Part shown: positions 63,679-64,000 of the stretch, piece after piece | Layout: each line of letters begins with the position of its first letter | Position numbering within the stretch: the first letter of the stretch is position 1 | NCBI GenBank assembly: GCA_963422265.1 | Contig: OY729416.1 | Span: 416,001 to 480,000 of the forward strand | Direction: 5' to 3' | DNA length: 64,000 nt | Source: Thermodesulfobacteriota bacterium | Lineage (GTDB): Bacteria > Desulfobacterota_D > UBA1144 > Nemesobacterales > UBA2774 | Program-made: the position numbers and the translations under genes | The notes under the pieces: model-generated | Database searches by the model: none | The model's input: the letters and a program-made list of their open reading frames with translations, nothing else | Told to the model about the DNA's origin: nothing

Positions 63679-64000
63679 ATGTTCAAGTGCAGGGGAACGG
63701 AACTCGACTTGAATAAAAGAACCCATATAATGGGCATACTAAACCTTACTCCAGACTCGTTTTATGATACCGCAAAATATACGGAGATAGATTTAGCACT
63801 CAGCCATACCGAAAAAATGGTAAAGGAAGGTGCTGATATTATAGATATCGGTGGAGAGTCAACTCGTCCGGGTTCAGATTCAGTATCTTTAGAAGAAGAA
63901 TTGAACAGAGTTATACCCACAATTCAGGAAATCAGGAAACGCTTTGATGTTACGTTGTCAATAGATACGACAAAATCGACCGTGGCGGAGGAGGCAGCTA
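63679..64000 (+). CDS. folP: Dihydropteroate synthase (5' part; runs off the window end; absent from the ORF track)
   Basis: Manual translation MFKCRGTELDLNKRTHIMGILNLTPDSFYD...GADIIDIGGESTRPG...SIDTTK; the ftsH-folP order is conserved. Confidence 0.95.
   Translation, partial: MFKCRGTELDLNKRTHIMGILNLTPDSFYDTAKYTEIDLALSHTEKMVKEGADIIDIGGESTRPGSDSVSLEEELNRVIPTIQEIRKRFDVTLSIDTTKSTVAEEAA

Noticed and set aside
63508-63726. 72-aa minus-strand ORF
   Set aside because: Overlaps the folP start on the opposite strand and has no protein-like features

Overview
Bacterial chromosomal window, mostly housekeeping genes on the + strand. Gene content and style loosely suggest a Desulfobacterota-related lineage such as Ca. 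Dadabacteria; this is a low-confidence impression, not a search result. Order: peptide ABC ATPases; yceD-rpmF-fabD-fabG-acpP-fabF; a TCA cluster (acnA, icd, mdh, a three-gene mycobacterial Sdh1-like succinate dehydrogenase, sucC without sucD); dnaK, rpmE, a degenerate EF-G paralogue, ppx, grpE; a ThrC-like enzyme plus MoaD/ThiS sulfur carrier close to metH; hemB, glnS, a degenerate PurN-like protein, cdsA; lipB-lpdA divergent from aceE-aceF. The one clear accessory block (about 41.6-49.6 kb) is a complete four-gene Zorya type I anti-phage system (zorABCD). This is a known system type, but here the ZorA tail carries a near-perfect in-frame 297-bp tandem duplication, and an unknown ORF with an operator-like promoter lies upstream. 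The window ends with ileS, lutABC, FmdB, SDR, comEA-like, PBP1A, cysK, ftsH, a structured spacer and the start of folP. I found no rRNA, tRNA, CRISPR array, integrase or transposase. All calls come from motif recognition by eye; no database searches were run.
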